Source: Candidatus Poribacteria bacterium (GTDB lineage Bacteria; Poribacteria; WGA-4E; PCPOR2b). From it: 64,000 bases of DNA. Below are positions 49,103 to 59,496 of this stretch, one piece after another. A model generated the notes under the pieces. It had not been told where the DNA came from. It did not search any database and worked only from the letters and a program-made list of their open reading frames with translations. Both the position numbers and the translations under genes were made by a program. How positions within the stretch are numbered: the stretch's first letter is position 1; the number at the start of each line of letters is the position of its first letter. Location: NCBI GenBank assembly GCA_965116925.1, contig OZ220744.1, forward strand, positions 4,736,001 through 4,800,000, in the 5' to 3' direction.

Positions 49103-49506
49103 AATTCATTCCAAGTTGTGATGCGTCGTGAGTATTAAATATCTGTTGATTTGATTTCGTCGAGGTCGTTGGTTTTCACCGCTGGATAAGACCTCTTGAT
49201 TGACACGAGTGCAAATGTCTGAACGCCGAGAGCGTTTAATGTTATGGCGGGAAACTTTCTGTTCGCTAGCGGTCAAGGGTCGGGAAGCCTCACCACCTGC
49301 TGAATTGATCTACAGAGCGGCGAGTTCTAGCATTTGGAAATATATAAGGTTGGAAATAATCCAGTGTGAGACTTTTTGTGCAGCTATCTGGCTAGTAGTC
49401 TACTATATCAGTTTCTAGGCGGTTTGAGTCAAGTTCGCTGCTGGTTCAAGGCGGGCCAGCAGCTCGCTCGACTTAGCATTGAACATTCAACAGCATTTAC
49501 CCATTG

Positions 49507-49636
49507 GCTCATGTAAAAAGAAAGTGCAAAACACGAAGCAAAATCGTAGGGGCGGGGTCTCCCCGCCCGCCGTAAGGGTTGGGTGACCCAACCCCTACGA
49601 ATATTCGGTTTCTTTGCACTAAATCTTAACATGAGC
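49507..49636. repeat. MITE-like element (TIR GCTCATGT..AAGA), copy 2
   Basis: Homologous to 7721-7851. Confidence 0.8.
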
Positions 49637-49644
49637 GTACCCAT

Positions 49645-51048
49645 TTAGGCGGCGGTCAGTTCATCCGCTATATCTTCTGCCGGATAACTGAGTGCCTCCC
49701 CAAGGGTTGGATGCGGATACGGGATATTCAGAACATCAAAAACGGTGTCGTTGTGGTAGAGGTGTGGCAGCGCAATCTGCATAATATCGGTCGCGTGGGG
49801 TCCAAGAATATGTAGACCAACGATGCGCCCTGAAGGTCGTTCGGCAATCATTTTTACGAAGCCATCTATCTCACCGATTGCTACAGCTTTGCCAATATAG
49901 TCCATCGGCGTTTTCACAGTTATCACGTCCAACCCCTGTGCCTTTGCCTCCGCTTCGGTAAGCCCCACTGTCCCAATCTCTGGGTGAGAGAAAATGATGT
50001 TGGAAACCAAGTCGTAGTTCATTTTAGTCTCTCGTTTTCCCGCCGCATGTAAGCCAGCAACCTTTCCTTCCATCGTAGCAGCGTAAACTAATCCCGCTTT
50101 GCCGGTGACATCCCCGACCGCATAGATGTGTGGAACATTGGTCTGCATATAGTCATTGACCTCAATCTCACCCTTTTCACCGAGAAGCAAGCCAGTTGTT
50201 TCCATGCCCAAACCGTCTATTGCGGCACGACGACCTGTATTTACCATAATCTCTTCTGCACTGACTATCTTCTCCTCACCGTTCTGCACAAAATGGACCT
50301 CTTTACCTTTATCCGTGCGCGTAAATGATTTCAGTTGGGTCTCGGTCAGGATATTCATCCCATCTCGCCGAAGCAGGTCCTGTAATTCAAAGCCGATATC
50401 TGGATCAAGCCGCCTTAAAACCCGCGGGCTGCGGACTAACATAGTCACCTCAACCCCCACCATGTGGAAAAGGTATCCCAACTCCAGAGCGATATAGCCG
50501 CTGCCGATGACAATCAAAGAACTCGGGAGATGTTCCAGATAGAGTGCCTCATCACTGGTGATGTATCCCGTCTCTGCTAACCCATGCAGGGGAGGAACAT
50601 CCACCACGGATCCGGTGGCGATAACGATTTTCTCACCAACGTAGCGGTTATCCCCAACCTGAATGGTATGGGGATCAGTAAAACTAGCACTACCTTCTAC
50701 AATATCGACCGATGCGTTGAGGATTGCCTCCCTGCGTGCAGCAAAAAAATCATCTTCCACTAAGGTTCGGACACGTTTCTGAACGGTTGACCAATTGACC
50801 TGTAAATCGCTAGCTGTGATACCGAACTCGGGACTCTCTTCAAAGATACGCTTTACACTCGCGGAGGCGAGCAGGGTTTTGGAGGGCATACAGCCTTCGT
50901 TGGTGCACAAGCTGTATCCGACGCGACGTTTCTCTATCAAGAGAATTTTCTTCATTCCTTCGGCTTTGGCGGCCATCGCCGCTGAAAACCCGCCGCTACC
51001 GCTGCCGATACAGATAAGGTCATAATGATGTATATTCGTATCGCTCAT
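49645..51048 (-). CDS. Pyridine nucleotide-disulphide oxidoreductase (dihydrolipoamide dehydrogenase-like)
   Basis: IGSGSGG, CTNEGCMPSK, IGSGYIALE, YAVGDV, HPTLGE. Confidence 0.88.
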   Translation of the reverse strand: MSDTNIHHYDLICIGSGSGGFSAAMAAKAEGMKKILLIEKRRVGYSLCTNEGCMPSKTLLASASVKRIFEESPEFGITASDLQVNWSTVQKRVRTLVEDDFFAARREAILNASVDIVEGSASFTDPHTIQVGDNRYVGEKIVIATGSVVDVPPLHGLAETGYITSDEALYLEHLPSSLIVIGSGYIALELGYLFHMVGVEVTMLVRSPRVLRRLDPDIGFELQDLLRRDGMNILTETQLKSFTRTDKGKEVHFVQNGEEKIVSAEEIMVNTGRRAAIDGLGMETTGLLLGEKGEIEVNDYMQTNVPHIYAVGDVTGKAGLVYAATMEGKVAGLHAAGKRETKMNYDLVSNIIFSHPEIGTVGLTEAEAKAQGLDVITVKTPMDYIGKAVAIGEIDGFVKMIAERPSGRIVGLHILGPHATDIMQIALPHLYHNDTVFDVLNIPYPHPTLGEALSYPAEDIADELTAA

Positions 51049-51091
51049 ATAAATCTTCTCTCCTCGGGTTCTGGTTTATCCTGACTCAGAC

Positions 51092-51124
51092 AAAAAAATA
51101 GACCCCGATCTTCGACCGGGGTCT
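51092..51124 (-). terminator. Intrinsic terminator of the tig-clp-lon operon
   Basis: AGACCCCG-GTCGAAGAT-CGGGGTCT followed by AT7. Confidence 0.75.
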
Positions 51125-51130
51125 GAGAAT

Positions 51131-51397
51131 TTACTCACTATCTTCTGATTCATTGATTCGCCGGTAGAGGGTTGAGGCTTTCCCTCTCGGCACATTGCCA
51201 GAAGGGACCTCCAGCACTTCATACACGGCGGGCTCTTCTTCCCCAAAGTCAATTGACAATATGTCACCGACAGACAGTTCTTTGCCAGCCTTCGCTGGGT
51301 GTCCATTGATCAGCACACGTCCACGGCTACAAATCGAATTGGCAACGGTACGACGCTTAATGAGGCGGCTCACCTGTAGGAATTTGTCGAGGCGCAT
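51131..51397 (-). CDS. S4-domain RNA-binding protein (RqcP/YabO/Hsp15-like)
   Basis: MRLDKFL.VSRLIKRRT.A...C..GRV.ING; overlaps the lon 3' end. Confidence 0.9.
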   Translation of the reverse strand: MRLDKFLQVSRLIKRRTVANSICSRGRVLINGHPAKAGKELSVGDILSIDFGEEEPAVYEVLEVPSGNVPRGKASTLYRRINESEDSE

Positions 51398-53837
51398 CGG
51401 GTGTCCCCAGAGGTAAATCCAATACTTCAGCCATATCATCACCCTCTTGGGTGAGATCATCAGACGAATCGGACTTCTTCAGAGCGAGATCTAACACTTC
51501 ACTCATATCAGAGACTTTGTGAAAATGCAAAGTGTCTCGAATTTCTTCAGGAATATCGGGGATATCTTTATCGTTTTCTTCGGGGATAATAACGTTCTTG
51601 ATGCTATTGCGGTGCGCTGCGAGTACCTTCTCTTTCAGTCCACCGATCGGCAGGACATGCCCACGCAAGGTGATCTCACCGGTCATAGCGATATCCTTAC
51701 GGACCCGCTGCCCCGTCATCGCAGAAATCATCGCAGTAGCGAGCGTAATGCCCGCCGAAGGTCCCTCTACGGGAATCGCGCCTTCAGGCACGTGGATGTG
51801 GATATCCTGCTTATTAAACTCAAAATCAGATGGCACCTCAAGCGATTCTGATTGAGAGCGGATGTAACCGAGTGCGGTTTGAACAGATTCACGCATAATC
51901 TCCTGAAGCCTGCCTGTCATGCTCAGTTTACCCTCCCCAACCATTGTCGCCACTTCAATAGGAACGACATCGCCACCAGCCTGTGAAACGACTAAGCCCG
52001 TCGCAACACCGACCTCATCCTCTTTTTCCGCCTTTCCCTGTGCAAATTTTGGAGGACCGAGATATTCTGTCAAATCCTCGACACCGACCTCAATTTTGAC
52101 CTCTGTGTCGCCGCTTTTTACAACCTCTTTAGCGATTTTGCGACAGATACTGGTAATTTCGCGTTCTAGGTTTCGGACACCCGCTTCACGCGTGTACCGG
52201 TGAATGATGTCAAAAATTGTATCGTCCGCGAATGTGAGGTTCTCCTCCTTGAGCCCGTGGGCTTCGATCTGCTTGGGTATCAAGAATAGGTTAGCGATTT
52301 TATGCTTTTCATATTCCGTGTAGCCGGGGAGTTCGATAATCTCCATGCGGTCTTCCAACGCGGGTGGGATTGGTTCCCGTGTATTTGCGGTGGTTATAAA
52401 CATAATCTCCGAGAGATCGAACGCTACATCTAGGTAGTGGTCACGAAATGTCCCATTCTGCTCTGGGTCAAGCACTTCAAGCAGCGCCGATGCCGGATCG
52501 CCCCGGAAGTCCATGCTCATCTTGTCGATTTCGTCTAGGAGGAAGAGAGGATTTCTCGATTTTGCATCCCGCAGCCCTTGAATAATTCTGCCCGGCAAAG
52601 ATCCGATGTAAGTCCGGCGATGTCCACGGATTTCGGCTTCGTCCCGGACACCACCCAAGGACATGCGGACGAAGTTTCGCCCGGTTGCTCTAGCAATTGA
52701 CTGACCCAATGAGGTCTTTCCGACCCCCGGAGGACCAACGAAACAGAGGATGGGGCCTTTGAGTTTCTTGACCAATTGGAGCACAGCAAGATATTCAAGG
52801 ATGCGTTCTTTCGGCTTTTCGAGCCCATAGTGATCTTCCTCTAATATTTTCTCCGCTCCCTCTAAGTCAATTTCGCTCTCCGTCTGTTTGTCCCAAGGCA
52901 AAGCGACAAGCCAGTCGATATAGGTGCGGATGACACCCGATTCTGCCGACATCGGCGGCATCTGCTGTAATCGATCAAGCTCTTTCAACGCTTTTTCTTG
53001 TGCTTCCTCGGTCATGCCTGCTGCTTCAATCTGTTCCCGCAGCTCATCAAGGTCCCCCTGTTCATCCCCTCGACCGAGTTCCTTCTGGATGGCTTTCATC
53101 TTTTCCTGAAGATAGAACTCCCGATGCGTCCGCTCAACGGACTTACGCACCTGCGTATTGATTTTATCGTCCAGTTTGAAAAGTTCTAGATCTTCCTGAA
53201 GCAGTTCGACAACAATCTGAAGTCGCTTAATCGGGTTAATCTCGTCCAATACCCCTTGCAACCGCTCCGCCTCCATACTGGTGAAGCTAGCAATCGAATC
53301 CGCAAGATGACCCGGTTCAACCTCTTTCTGGACAACCATCATCGCTTCTTCAGGCGTTTGGCGATTTCCTTTGATATACTCCTCAAAGGCTGAAATCGCT
53401 GCTTCCATCAATGATTTTGCTTGGTTTGATTGCTCCAATTCCTCGTGAACAATTTTTACCTCCGCTTGTAGAAACCCATCCGTTTCAAAGCAGCGTAGCA
53501 CGATTGCACGGCTATAGCCTTCAATCGCAATCCGAATGCTTCCATCGCGTGGATCATAAGAATCTGCAATGCTCGTGGCTGTACCAACACGATAAAAGCC
53601 ATCGGGGCCCGGGTTTTCCTCGTCTTTGTCCTTTTGATTGAGCAACAGCACATCTTGATTTGCTTTTACGGCGTATTTTGTTGCCCGGACTCCCATCTTG
53701 CGAATGACATTTAAGGGGGTACTTATACGGGGGAAGAAAACTTTTCCGGGGGTAGGAATAACTGGAAGTATAACAACTTCATCAGGCTGATTATCTTGTT
53801 CATCAGCCTGACGGTCTTTGGTCGAATCTTGGCTCAT
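51357..53837 (-). CDS. lon: ATP-dependent protease Lon
   Basis: GPPGVGKTS, RGHRRTYIG, EGPSAG, IGGLKEK. Confidence 0.97.
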   Translation of the reverse strand: MSQDSTKDRQADEQDNQPDEVVILPVIPTPGKVFFPRISTPLNVIRKMGVRATKYAVKANQDVLLLNQKDKDEENPGPDGFYRVGTATSIADSYDPRDGSIRIAIEGYSRAIVLRCFETDGFLQAEVKIVHEELEQSNQAKSLMEAAISAFEEYIKGNRQTPEEAMMVVQKEVEPGHLADSIASFTSMEAERLQGVLDEINPIKRLQIVVELLQEDLELFKLDDKINTQVRKSVERTHREFYLQEKMKAIQKELGRGDEQGDLDELREQIEAAGMTEEAQEKALKELDRLQQMPPMSAESGVIRTYIDWLVALPWDKQTESEIDLEGAEKILEEDHYGLEKPKERILEYLAVLQLVKKLKGPILCFVGPPGVGKTSLGQSIARATGRNFVRMSLGGVRDEAEIRGHRRTYIGSLPGRIIQGLRDAKSRNPLFLLDEIDKMSMDFRGDPASALLEVLDPEQNGTFRDHYLDVAFDLSEIMFITTANTREPIPPALEDRMEIIELPGYTEYEKHKIANLFLIPKQIEAHGLKEENLTFADDTIFDIIHRYTREAGVRNLEREITSICRKIAKEVVKSGDTEVKIEVGVEDLTEYLGPPKFAQGKAEKEDEVGVATGLVVSQAGGDVVPIEVATMVGEGKLSMTGRLQEIMRESVQTALGYIRSQSESLEVPSDFEFNKQDIHIHVPEGAIPVEGPSAGITLATAMISAMTGQRVRKDIAMTGEITLRGHVLPIGGLKEKVLAAHRNSIKNVIIPEENDKDIPDIPEEIRDTLHFHKVSDMSEVLDLALKKSDSSDDLTQEGDDMAEVLDLPLGTPDAPRQIPTGEPPH

Positions 53838-53899
53838 GATGAACTCCTTGAACGTAGAACGTAATCCGTCATAGGTAATTCGCCCATTTTGTTAATTTG

Positions 53900-55171
53900 C
53901 TAGGCAGTTAAAGCTTCTTGTTCGTCCTCATAAACTAGTATAGGCGATTTACTTTCTAAAATAGCCTCCGCTGTGATAATACATTCTTTGACCAGTTTAG
54001 GAGAAGATGGTATCTCATACATGATATCTAGCATCAGGTTTTCCAAGATTGCCCTTAGCCCTCTCGCGCCTGTTTCACGCCTTATGGCTTCTTGGGCAAT
54101 AGCTTTGATTGCATCTTCCGCGACATGCAGAGATACCTTATCGTAATGAAGCAGTTGGGTGTATTGTTTTATAAGGGCATTCTGAGGCTCGGTCAAAATC
54201 TGGGTTAAAGCCGATTCGTCAAGGTCGTGCAGCACCGCAGCGACAGGGAGGCGTCCGACGAATTCTGGGATGAAACCGTACTGGATTAAATCCTTCGGCG
54301 CAACCTGTGAGAGGGTTTCGTGGAGCTTTCTTTCGCTCTTCGCTTGAACTGCGGATCCAAACCCTAGCCCTTGGTGTCCGGTCCGTTGTTCGATAATTTT
54401 ATCAAGCCCCACAAATGTCCCGCCGCATATAAATAAAACCTTTGAAGTATCCACCTCAATTAATTCTTGATGCGGGTGTTTTCGACCTCCCTGCGGGGGA
54501 ACATTCGCTGTTTTTCCTTCCAAGATTTTCAACAATGCTTGCTGAACACCTTCTCCTGAAACATCTCTCGTAATCGAGGGATTTTCGGATTTACGACTGA
54601 TCTTGTCGATCTCGTCAATATAAATAATTCCTTGCTCTGCACGTGTGATATCACCGTCTGCAGCTTGTACCAGTTTTAGGATTATATTTTCAACATCTTC
54701 ACCCACATATCCGGCTTCCGTCAGCGTCGTTGCATCGGTGATAGCGAAAGGCACATTTAGAATCCGTGCTAAGGTTTGCGCCAGAAGGGTTTTGCCTGTG
54801 CCTGTGGGACCAATTAACAGGATATTACTTTTTTCTAACTCGACATCTGAATCTGTATGAAATTGTAGTTTTTTGTAATGATTGTATACAGCAACGGCAA
54901 GAATTTTCTTTGCATCATCCTGACCAATTACATATTTATCAAGCTGTGCCTTAATTTCAGAGGGATGCGGGAGAGACAAGGAATCTGAAATTTCAGTGTA
55001 TTCTTCCTCCTCCTCTATCCCATACAGATCAGCTAAGATGTCGTTGCATAGTTCAACGCACTCATCACAAACGTAGACACCAGATCCAATAGGGCTTGCA
55101 ATGAGTTTGCGCACTTCCTCTTGGCTCTTATCGCAAAAGGAGCAGCGCTGGGCATCAATAATGTCCTGCAT
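53900..55171 (-). CDS. clpX: Clp protease ATPase subunit
   Basis: CSFC...CDEC zinc finger, [17 protein letters not shown]. Confidence 0.97.
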   Translation of the reverse strand: MQDIIDAQRCSFCDKSQEEVRKLIASPIGSGVYVCDECVELCNDILADLYGIEEEEEYTEISDSLSLPHPSEIKAQLDKYVIGQDDAKKILAVAVYNHYKKLQFHTDSDVELEKSNILLIGPTGTGKTLLAQTLARILNVPFAITDATTLTEAGYVGEDVENIILKLVQAADGDITRAEQGIIYIDEIDKISRKSENPSITRDVSGEGVQQALLKILEGKTANVPPQGGRKHPHQELIEVDTSKVLFICGGTFVGLDKIIEQRTGHQGLGFGSAVQAKSERKLHETLSQVAPKDLIQYGFIPEFVGRLPVAAVLHDLDESALTQILTEPQNALIKQYTQLLHYDKVSLHVAEDAIKAIAQEAIRRETGARGLRAILENLMLDIMYEIPSSPKLVKECIITAEAILESKSPILVYEDEQEALTA

Positions 55172-55247
55172 AAAAATCTCCAAATTTGTTCAATAATGAC
55201 TACAATATCACCCTATGTATGTATGAATTATTTGATGTCAATGCACA

Positions 55248-55859
55248 TTAGGCATCACGCCCAACTTCTTCAGTAGACCGGCGGGAAGCAACTGAATCAA
55301 TAATACCATATTCGAGTGCCTCTTGGGCTGTCATATAAAAATCGCGGTCTGCATCCGCTTCAATTTTATCCGGCGATTGTCCTGTGTGTTCTGCTAAGAT
55401 AGCGTATAGCCTTTCGCGCTCTCGTAGAATCTCCCTCGCATGGATATCAATATCGGACGCCTGACCGCTAATACCACTGGTAAGAGGCTGATGAATGAGG
55501 GTCTTGGAGTGTGGCAAGGCATACCGTTTTCCACTTGTGCCGCCGGCAAGCAAGACCGCACCCATGCTGTAGGCTCGCCCGACGCACCACGTTTGCACAT
55601 CAGGTCTGATATACTGCATTGTGTCATAGATTGCTAACCCGGCCTCTATCCCGCCACCCGGAGTGTTTACGTAAAGCACGATATCCGCATCAGGATTATC
55701 ACTCTCTAAAAAGAGCATCTGAGCCGTGACACTGTTCGCTACATTATCATCAATTACCGAACCAACAATAATGATTCGATCTCTCAGCAGTCGCGAGTAA
55801 ATATCGTAAGAGCGCTCGCCACGACTTGTTTGTTCCACAACAATCGGAACAAGGTTCAT
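55248..55859 (-). CDS. clpP: Clp protease proteolytic subunit
   Basis: [23 protein letters not shown]. Confidence 0.97.
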   Translation of the reverse strand: MNLVPIVVEQTSRGERSYDIYSRLLRDRIIIVGSVIDDNVANSVTAQMLFLESDNPDADIVLYVNTPGGGIEAGLAIYDTMQYIRPDVQTWCVGRAYSMGAVLLAGGTSGKRYALPHSKTLIHQPLTSGISGQASDIDIHAREILRERERLYAILAEHTGQSPDKIEADADRDFYMTAQEALEYGIIDSVASRRSTEEVGRDA

Positions 55860-55902
55860 GCTAAAATTTCTCCTCAAACCCTGATAGGATGCCTTCCTGT
55901 TA

Positions 55903-57204
55903 TCAAATAATCAGAGACTGTTTGGCAGAAGAACGCTGGATTAAAAGACGGTAAACTTTTTCATTCCGCAGCGTGTCTCGAAACTCCTCCAAACGATTGC
56001 TCTCCCTCAGCAAACTCGCATATTTTTGAGGGTCTCGATTTTGCTGTTCAGCGATGCGCCGAATCTCTATGTCCAACTCATCGTCCGTGACCCTAATATT
56101 TTCACGTTCGGCAATAACATCAAACATCCACGCCTGCTTCGTTTGCCTGATTGCATCTTTGCGCAATTCCGTCGGCAGCTTTGCCATGTCTATTCCTGCT
56201 TGTTCAGGAGTTTGTCCTTCTTGCCTTAATCGTAGGAGAATGTTTTGAACCGTTTGCTGCACATGCTGATCAACAATAGATTCAGGAATATTAATCGCCG
56301 TTTTTTCGATTAACTGTTCAAGGATGTCCTCTTGCTGACGATGAGTGTGGATTGCCTTCTGCTCCTCAACGAGATTATTCCAAATTGCGCCCCTCAGTTG
56401 TTCGTAGTTTTCGTATTCCAGATCTTTTGCGAATTCATCATCAAGGGATGGCAGCTGTTTCTCTGTGATTGCTCGAAGCGTTACGTTAAACACGGCATGT
56501 TTGCCGGCAAGCTCAGGATTTTCGTGATCGCCATCGAAATCCATTTCAACTTGTCGGCTCTCCTCCACACGCATACCAATGATCTCAGACTCAACCGCTG
56601 GCAGCAGCATCCCCTTGCCAATGTCAATATCCGCGTCCTGTTTGCTCCCATCGGTAATTGGCGCGCCATCGACAAGACACTCCCAGTCAATCCGCACGGA
56701 GTCACTTTCCTCGGCCGGACGGTCCACTTCAAGTGGGATGTAGGTCGCAAACTGTTCTTGTAACCGCTGAATATACTCCTCCACTTCCTCACGAGGAACA
56801 TTCGGCGGCGATTTATCAATAACTAAATCTTCGTACTCTGGGAGGACAAAATCAGGTTTGACATCAAGCGTTGCTTCAAAAGCAAGCGGCTGACCCTCCT
56901 TAAGTTCCATCCGGTTCATGGGCGGCGAAAGCTCAAGGTTACCCAGGGGAATCAGCCGTTCAGAAATCAAAGCCTGTTCATAGGCAGGTGGGACGAGATT
57001 TTGGATGGCTTCAGCTTTGAGATGCTCTGCAAATCGTGATTTAAGAATACTTAAGGGAACTTTTCCTTTGCGGAAGCCGGGAACTGAAACCTTGGTTCGC
57101 AAAGTCTGGCAGTTACGTTCAAGTTCTTGGCTGATTTCTTCAGCAGAAATTTCGATGCTTAAACGGACCTGACTGTTTCCCAGCTTTTCAACTTCAACCT
57201 TCAA
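55903..57204 (-). CDS. tig: Trigger factor
   Basis: [25 protein letters not shown] start with GGAGG. Confidence 0.95.
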   Translation of the reverse strand: MKVEVEKLGNSQVRLSIEISAEEISQELERNCQTLRTKVSVPGFRKGKVPLSILKSRFAEHLKAEAIQNLVPPAYEQALISERLIPLGNLELSPPMNRMELKEGQPLAFEATLDVKPDFVLPEYEDLVIDKSPPNVPREEVEEYIQRLQEQFATYIPLEVDRPAEESDSVRIDWECLVDGAPITDGSKQDADIDIGKGMLLPAVESEIIGMRVEESRQVEMDFDGDHENPELAGKHAVFNVTLRAITEKQLPSLDDEFAKDLEYENYEQLRGAIWNNLVEEQKAIHTHRQQEDILEQLIEKTAINIPESIVDQHVQQTVQNILLRLRQEGQTPEQAGIDMAKLPTELRKDAIRQTKQAWMFDVIAERENIRVTDDELDIEIRRIAEQQNRDPQKYASLLRESNRLEEFRDTLRNEKVYRLLIQRSSAKQSLII

Positions 57205-57236
57205 GTAGACCTCCAGATTCTATCAGAAAAGGCGTT

Positions 57237-57324
57237 TGGTGGGCGAGGAGGGATTTGAACCCTCACGGGGGATAACCCCAATAGATCCTAAATCTATCTT
57301 GTCTACCGGTTCCAACACCCGCCC
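57237..57324 (-). tRNA. tRNA-Leu(TAG)
   Basis: GGGCGGG..., anticodon arm ATAGA-TT-TAG-GA-TCTAT, long variable arm, GGTTCAAATCC, CCA encoded. Confidence 0.93.
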
Positions 57325-57333
57325 ACGTCAAAA

Positions 57334-57410
57334 TGGTGCGCCGTGAAGGAATCGAACCTTCAACCGCCTGATTAAGAGTCAGATGCTCTGCCTGGTTGAG
57401 CTAACGGCGC
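57334..57410 (-). tRNA. tRNA-Lys(CTT)
   Basis: GCGCCGT TAGCTCAA..., CTGA-CT-CTT-AA-TCAG, GGTTCGATTCC, CCA. Confidence 0.95.
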
Positions 57411-57420
57411 AGAAGAAAAG

Positions 57421-57494
57421 CGCGCCCGGAGGGACTCGAACCCCCAACTTATAGATCCGAAGTCTATTGCTCTATCCAATTGAACTACGGACGC
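57421..57494 (-). tRNA. tRNA-Arg(TCG)
   Basis: GCGTCCG..., ATAGA-CT-TCG-GA-TCTAT, GGTTCGAGTCC; CCA not encoded. Confidence 0.92.
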
Positions 57495-57519
57495 ATGATA
57501 TTATGGTAGATTTTAGAAC

Positions 57520-57622
57520 TATAGTGGATCTTAGAATTAATGAGACACTCCAAACCGGTACAGTTAGGAAACCGCACCTACCGGGGGGCGAAAGTGTCTA
57601 TTTATTTTTAGAATTCACTATA
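57520..57622. repeat. MITE A, uninterrupted copy inside the tRNA cluster
   Basis: TATAGTGGATCTTAGAA...TTTAGAATTCACTATA. Confidence 0.82.
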
Positions 57623-57630
57623 AATTTCAA

Positions 57631-57975
57631 TAGGCCTTACGCAGTTGAATCCTCAAAGCTACCCCCCCGATACTCAGTTCCATTTCAATGCCCCACCGGC
57701 ACGATTCGGCGATTTGGCAGGGCACTGGCAGGTCCAAAAAAAAAATTCAACCTCATATCGGGGGTTCATCATTAGCCGGTGTCTCTCTGAACCCTGACGG
57801 GGCCTAGCTTCAGGGCGTTTGTAGATTTTTACCACGCAACAGAAGATACGCCCAGAAGGCTTTTTAACCTGCCAAATACGCACTGTTTATGAACCGTTTT
57901 TCACTCAAATGGCACCATAACCAAGCCAAATGGCAGGGATTTGGCAGGGCAAAGCTCTAAAATGCGTAAGTCCTA
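57631..57975. repeat. MITE-like element (TIR TAGG(A/C)CTTACGCA), 345 bp
   Basis: TAGGCCTTACGCA...TGCGTAAGTCCTA; internal repeated GATTTGGCAGGGC. Confidence 0.75.
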
Positions 57976-57984
57976 TACAATAAA

Positions 57985-58059
57985 TCGGGGCGAGAGGATT
58001 TGAACCTCCGACCTTCTGCTCCCAAAGCAGACACGCTAACCGGACTGCGCTACGCCCCG
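57985..58059 (-). tRNA. tRNA-Pro(TGG)
   Basis: CGGGGCGTAGCGCAG..., TCTGC-TT-TGG-GA-GCAGA; CCA not encoded. Confidence 0.94.
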
Positions 58060-58066
58060 AACAAAG

Positions 58067-58140
58067 GGTGGATGATGGGATTTGAACCCACGACCACTTG
58101 ATCCACAGTCAAGCGCTCTACCGCCTGAGCTACATCCACC
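58067..58140 (-). tRNA. tRNA-His(GTG)
   Basis: G-1 plus GTGGATG..., CTTGA-CT-GTG-GA-TCAAG; C discriminator. Confidence 0.94.
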
Positions 58141-58150
58141 ATAAAAAGGT

Positions 58151-58227
58151 TGGCACGCCCGGCAGGATTCGAACCTGCGACCACCTGATTAGAAGTCAGG
58201 TGCTCTATCCAACTGAGCTACGGGCGC
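58151..58227 (-). tRNA. tRNA-Arg(TCT)
   Basis: GCGCCCGTAGCTCAG..., CCTGA-CT-TCT-AA-TCAGG, CCA. Confidence 0.95.
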
Positions 58228-58602
58228 ATACAAAAGGCGAAAAAAATAAGGTGGCAAAGGATTTACCTCCCCACCCTTCCGGATATTTTAGATCAGAAGA
58301 CATTAACCGGGCCATGCTACACCCGTCTTTTTTCGGACTTGCTGCAAAAAGGTTTGGAAAATATACCACATTTTATAGGTAGTTGCAAGTCAAAATTCAG
58401 ATTGATAGAGAAGGAAAACCCATTATCGCAGCAACCCTCAAACGACTTTGGTGTAACGAAAAGCGTGATAGGACAAGGGAAATCTTTTATGCTCAAGACA
58501 TTTGTCTGGCAGTTTAGGCAACGGTCTGGTAAAATAGTATCCTGTTGCAGCAACTAATGACAACCTGAGTTGTCTTTTGATTCGTTTGGAGGTGGACAAC
58601 CA

Positions 58603-59478
58603 ATGCCCCTTTTAGACGCAAAATTTCTCAAACAGATTGCGCGCCTCCAAATTCGTTCCGAGGTTGTATTTCGGGGAAAGTTCAAAGGCGAACGACGCAG
58701 CCTCAATCGGGGTGCGAGCGTTGAATTTGCGGATTATCGCACCTACGAACTTGGCGATGATTTGCGCCACATCGACTGGAACGTTTATGCCCGATTGGAT
58801 CGGCTTTTTCTTAAATTGTTCAACGCAGAAGAGGACCTACCAGTCTTCATCTTGATTGATAACAGCATCTCAATGGATTTCGGACAACCCACGAAACTGG
58901 AGTGTGCCAAACAGATTGCTGCGGCACTGAGCTATATCGGTTTAATCAGTTTTGATCGCGTCTCCGTTTACACGTTTTCAGATCAGCTGACTCCTATCGT
59001 CCCCTCCATGTACGGAAAAGCGCAGTTTCCAAAGCTGTCAGATGCGATTGAAGGAATCGCCGGGGGTGGAGAAACACATCTGGCAACGTGCTTGCAACGT
59101 TTCCTCACCGAAATAAAGGGACCTGGTGTTGGAGTTATCATCTCCGATTTTTGGGATATGGACGGTTATGAGACAGCCATTAAAGGGCTCCTATCCCGAA
59201 GTTTTGACTTAACACTCATTCATCTCCTCAGTGATGAAGAGATACACCCACAACTTTCGGGTGAGCTGCAGTTGGCAGACGCAGAGACGGGACAGGCTAA
59301 AGAAATTACCGTCAATGAGGGGGCACTCGTGAGTTACACCGAGCGATTGAACGCTTTTTGTGAAAATTTGAAACGTTATTGCCTGAATCGCGGTGCGACG
59401 TATATTCGTATGAATCAGCAGACACCCATTGAACAGTTCATTTTGCAAGATTTACGACGGAGCAGCTTTATCCATTAA
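58603..59478 (+). CDS. DUF58 / vWA-like protein
   Basis: G.SVEFADYR.Y..GDD.R.IDWN.YAR, D.S.SM, ISDF; GGAGG upstream. Confidence 0.9.
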   Translation: MPLLDAKFLKQIARLQIRSEVVFRGKFKGERRSLNRGASVEFADYRTYELGDDLRHIDWNVYARLDRLFLKLFNAEEDLPVFILIDNSISMDFGQPTKLECAKQIAAALSYIGLISFDRVSVYTFSDQLTPIVPSMYGKAQFPKLSDAIEGIAGGGETHLATCLQRFLTEIKGPGVGVIISDFWDMDGYETAIKGLLSRSFDLTLIHLLSDEEIHPQLSGELQLADAETGQAKEITVNEGALVSYTERLNAFCENLKRYCLNRGATYIRMNQQTPIEQFILQDLRRSSFIH

Positions 59479-59496
59479 GGACAGGGAGGATAACTC

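Noticed and set aside
49103..49506. c-di-AMP (ydaO) riboswitch before the K+ antiporter
   Set aside because: Characteristic conserved segments not recognised on the minus strand.
49645..51048. Mercuric reductase merA
   Set aside because: No C-terminal Cys-Cys pair, no N-terminal metal-binding domain, no mer genes.
57495..57984. Prophage or genomic island integrated at tRNA-Pro
   Set aside because: No integrase or duplicated tRNA 3' end; the interval is explained by MITE-like repeats.
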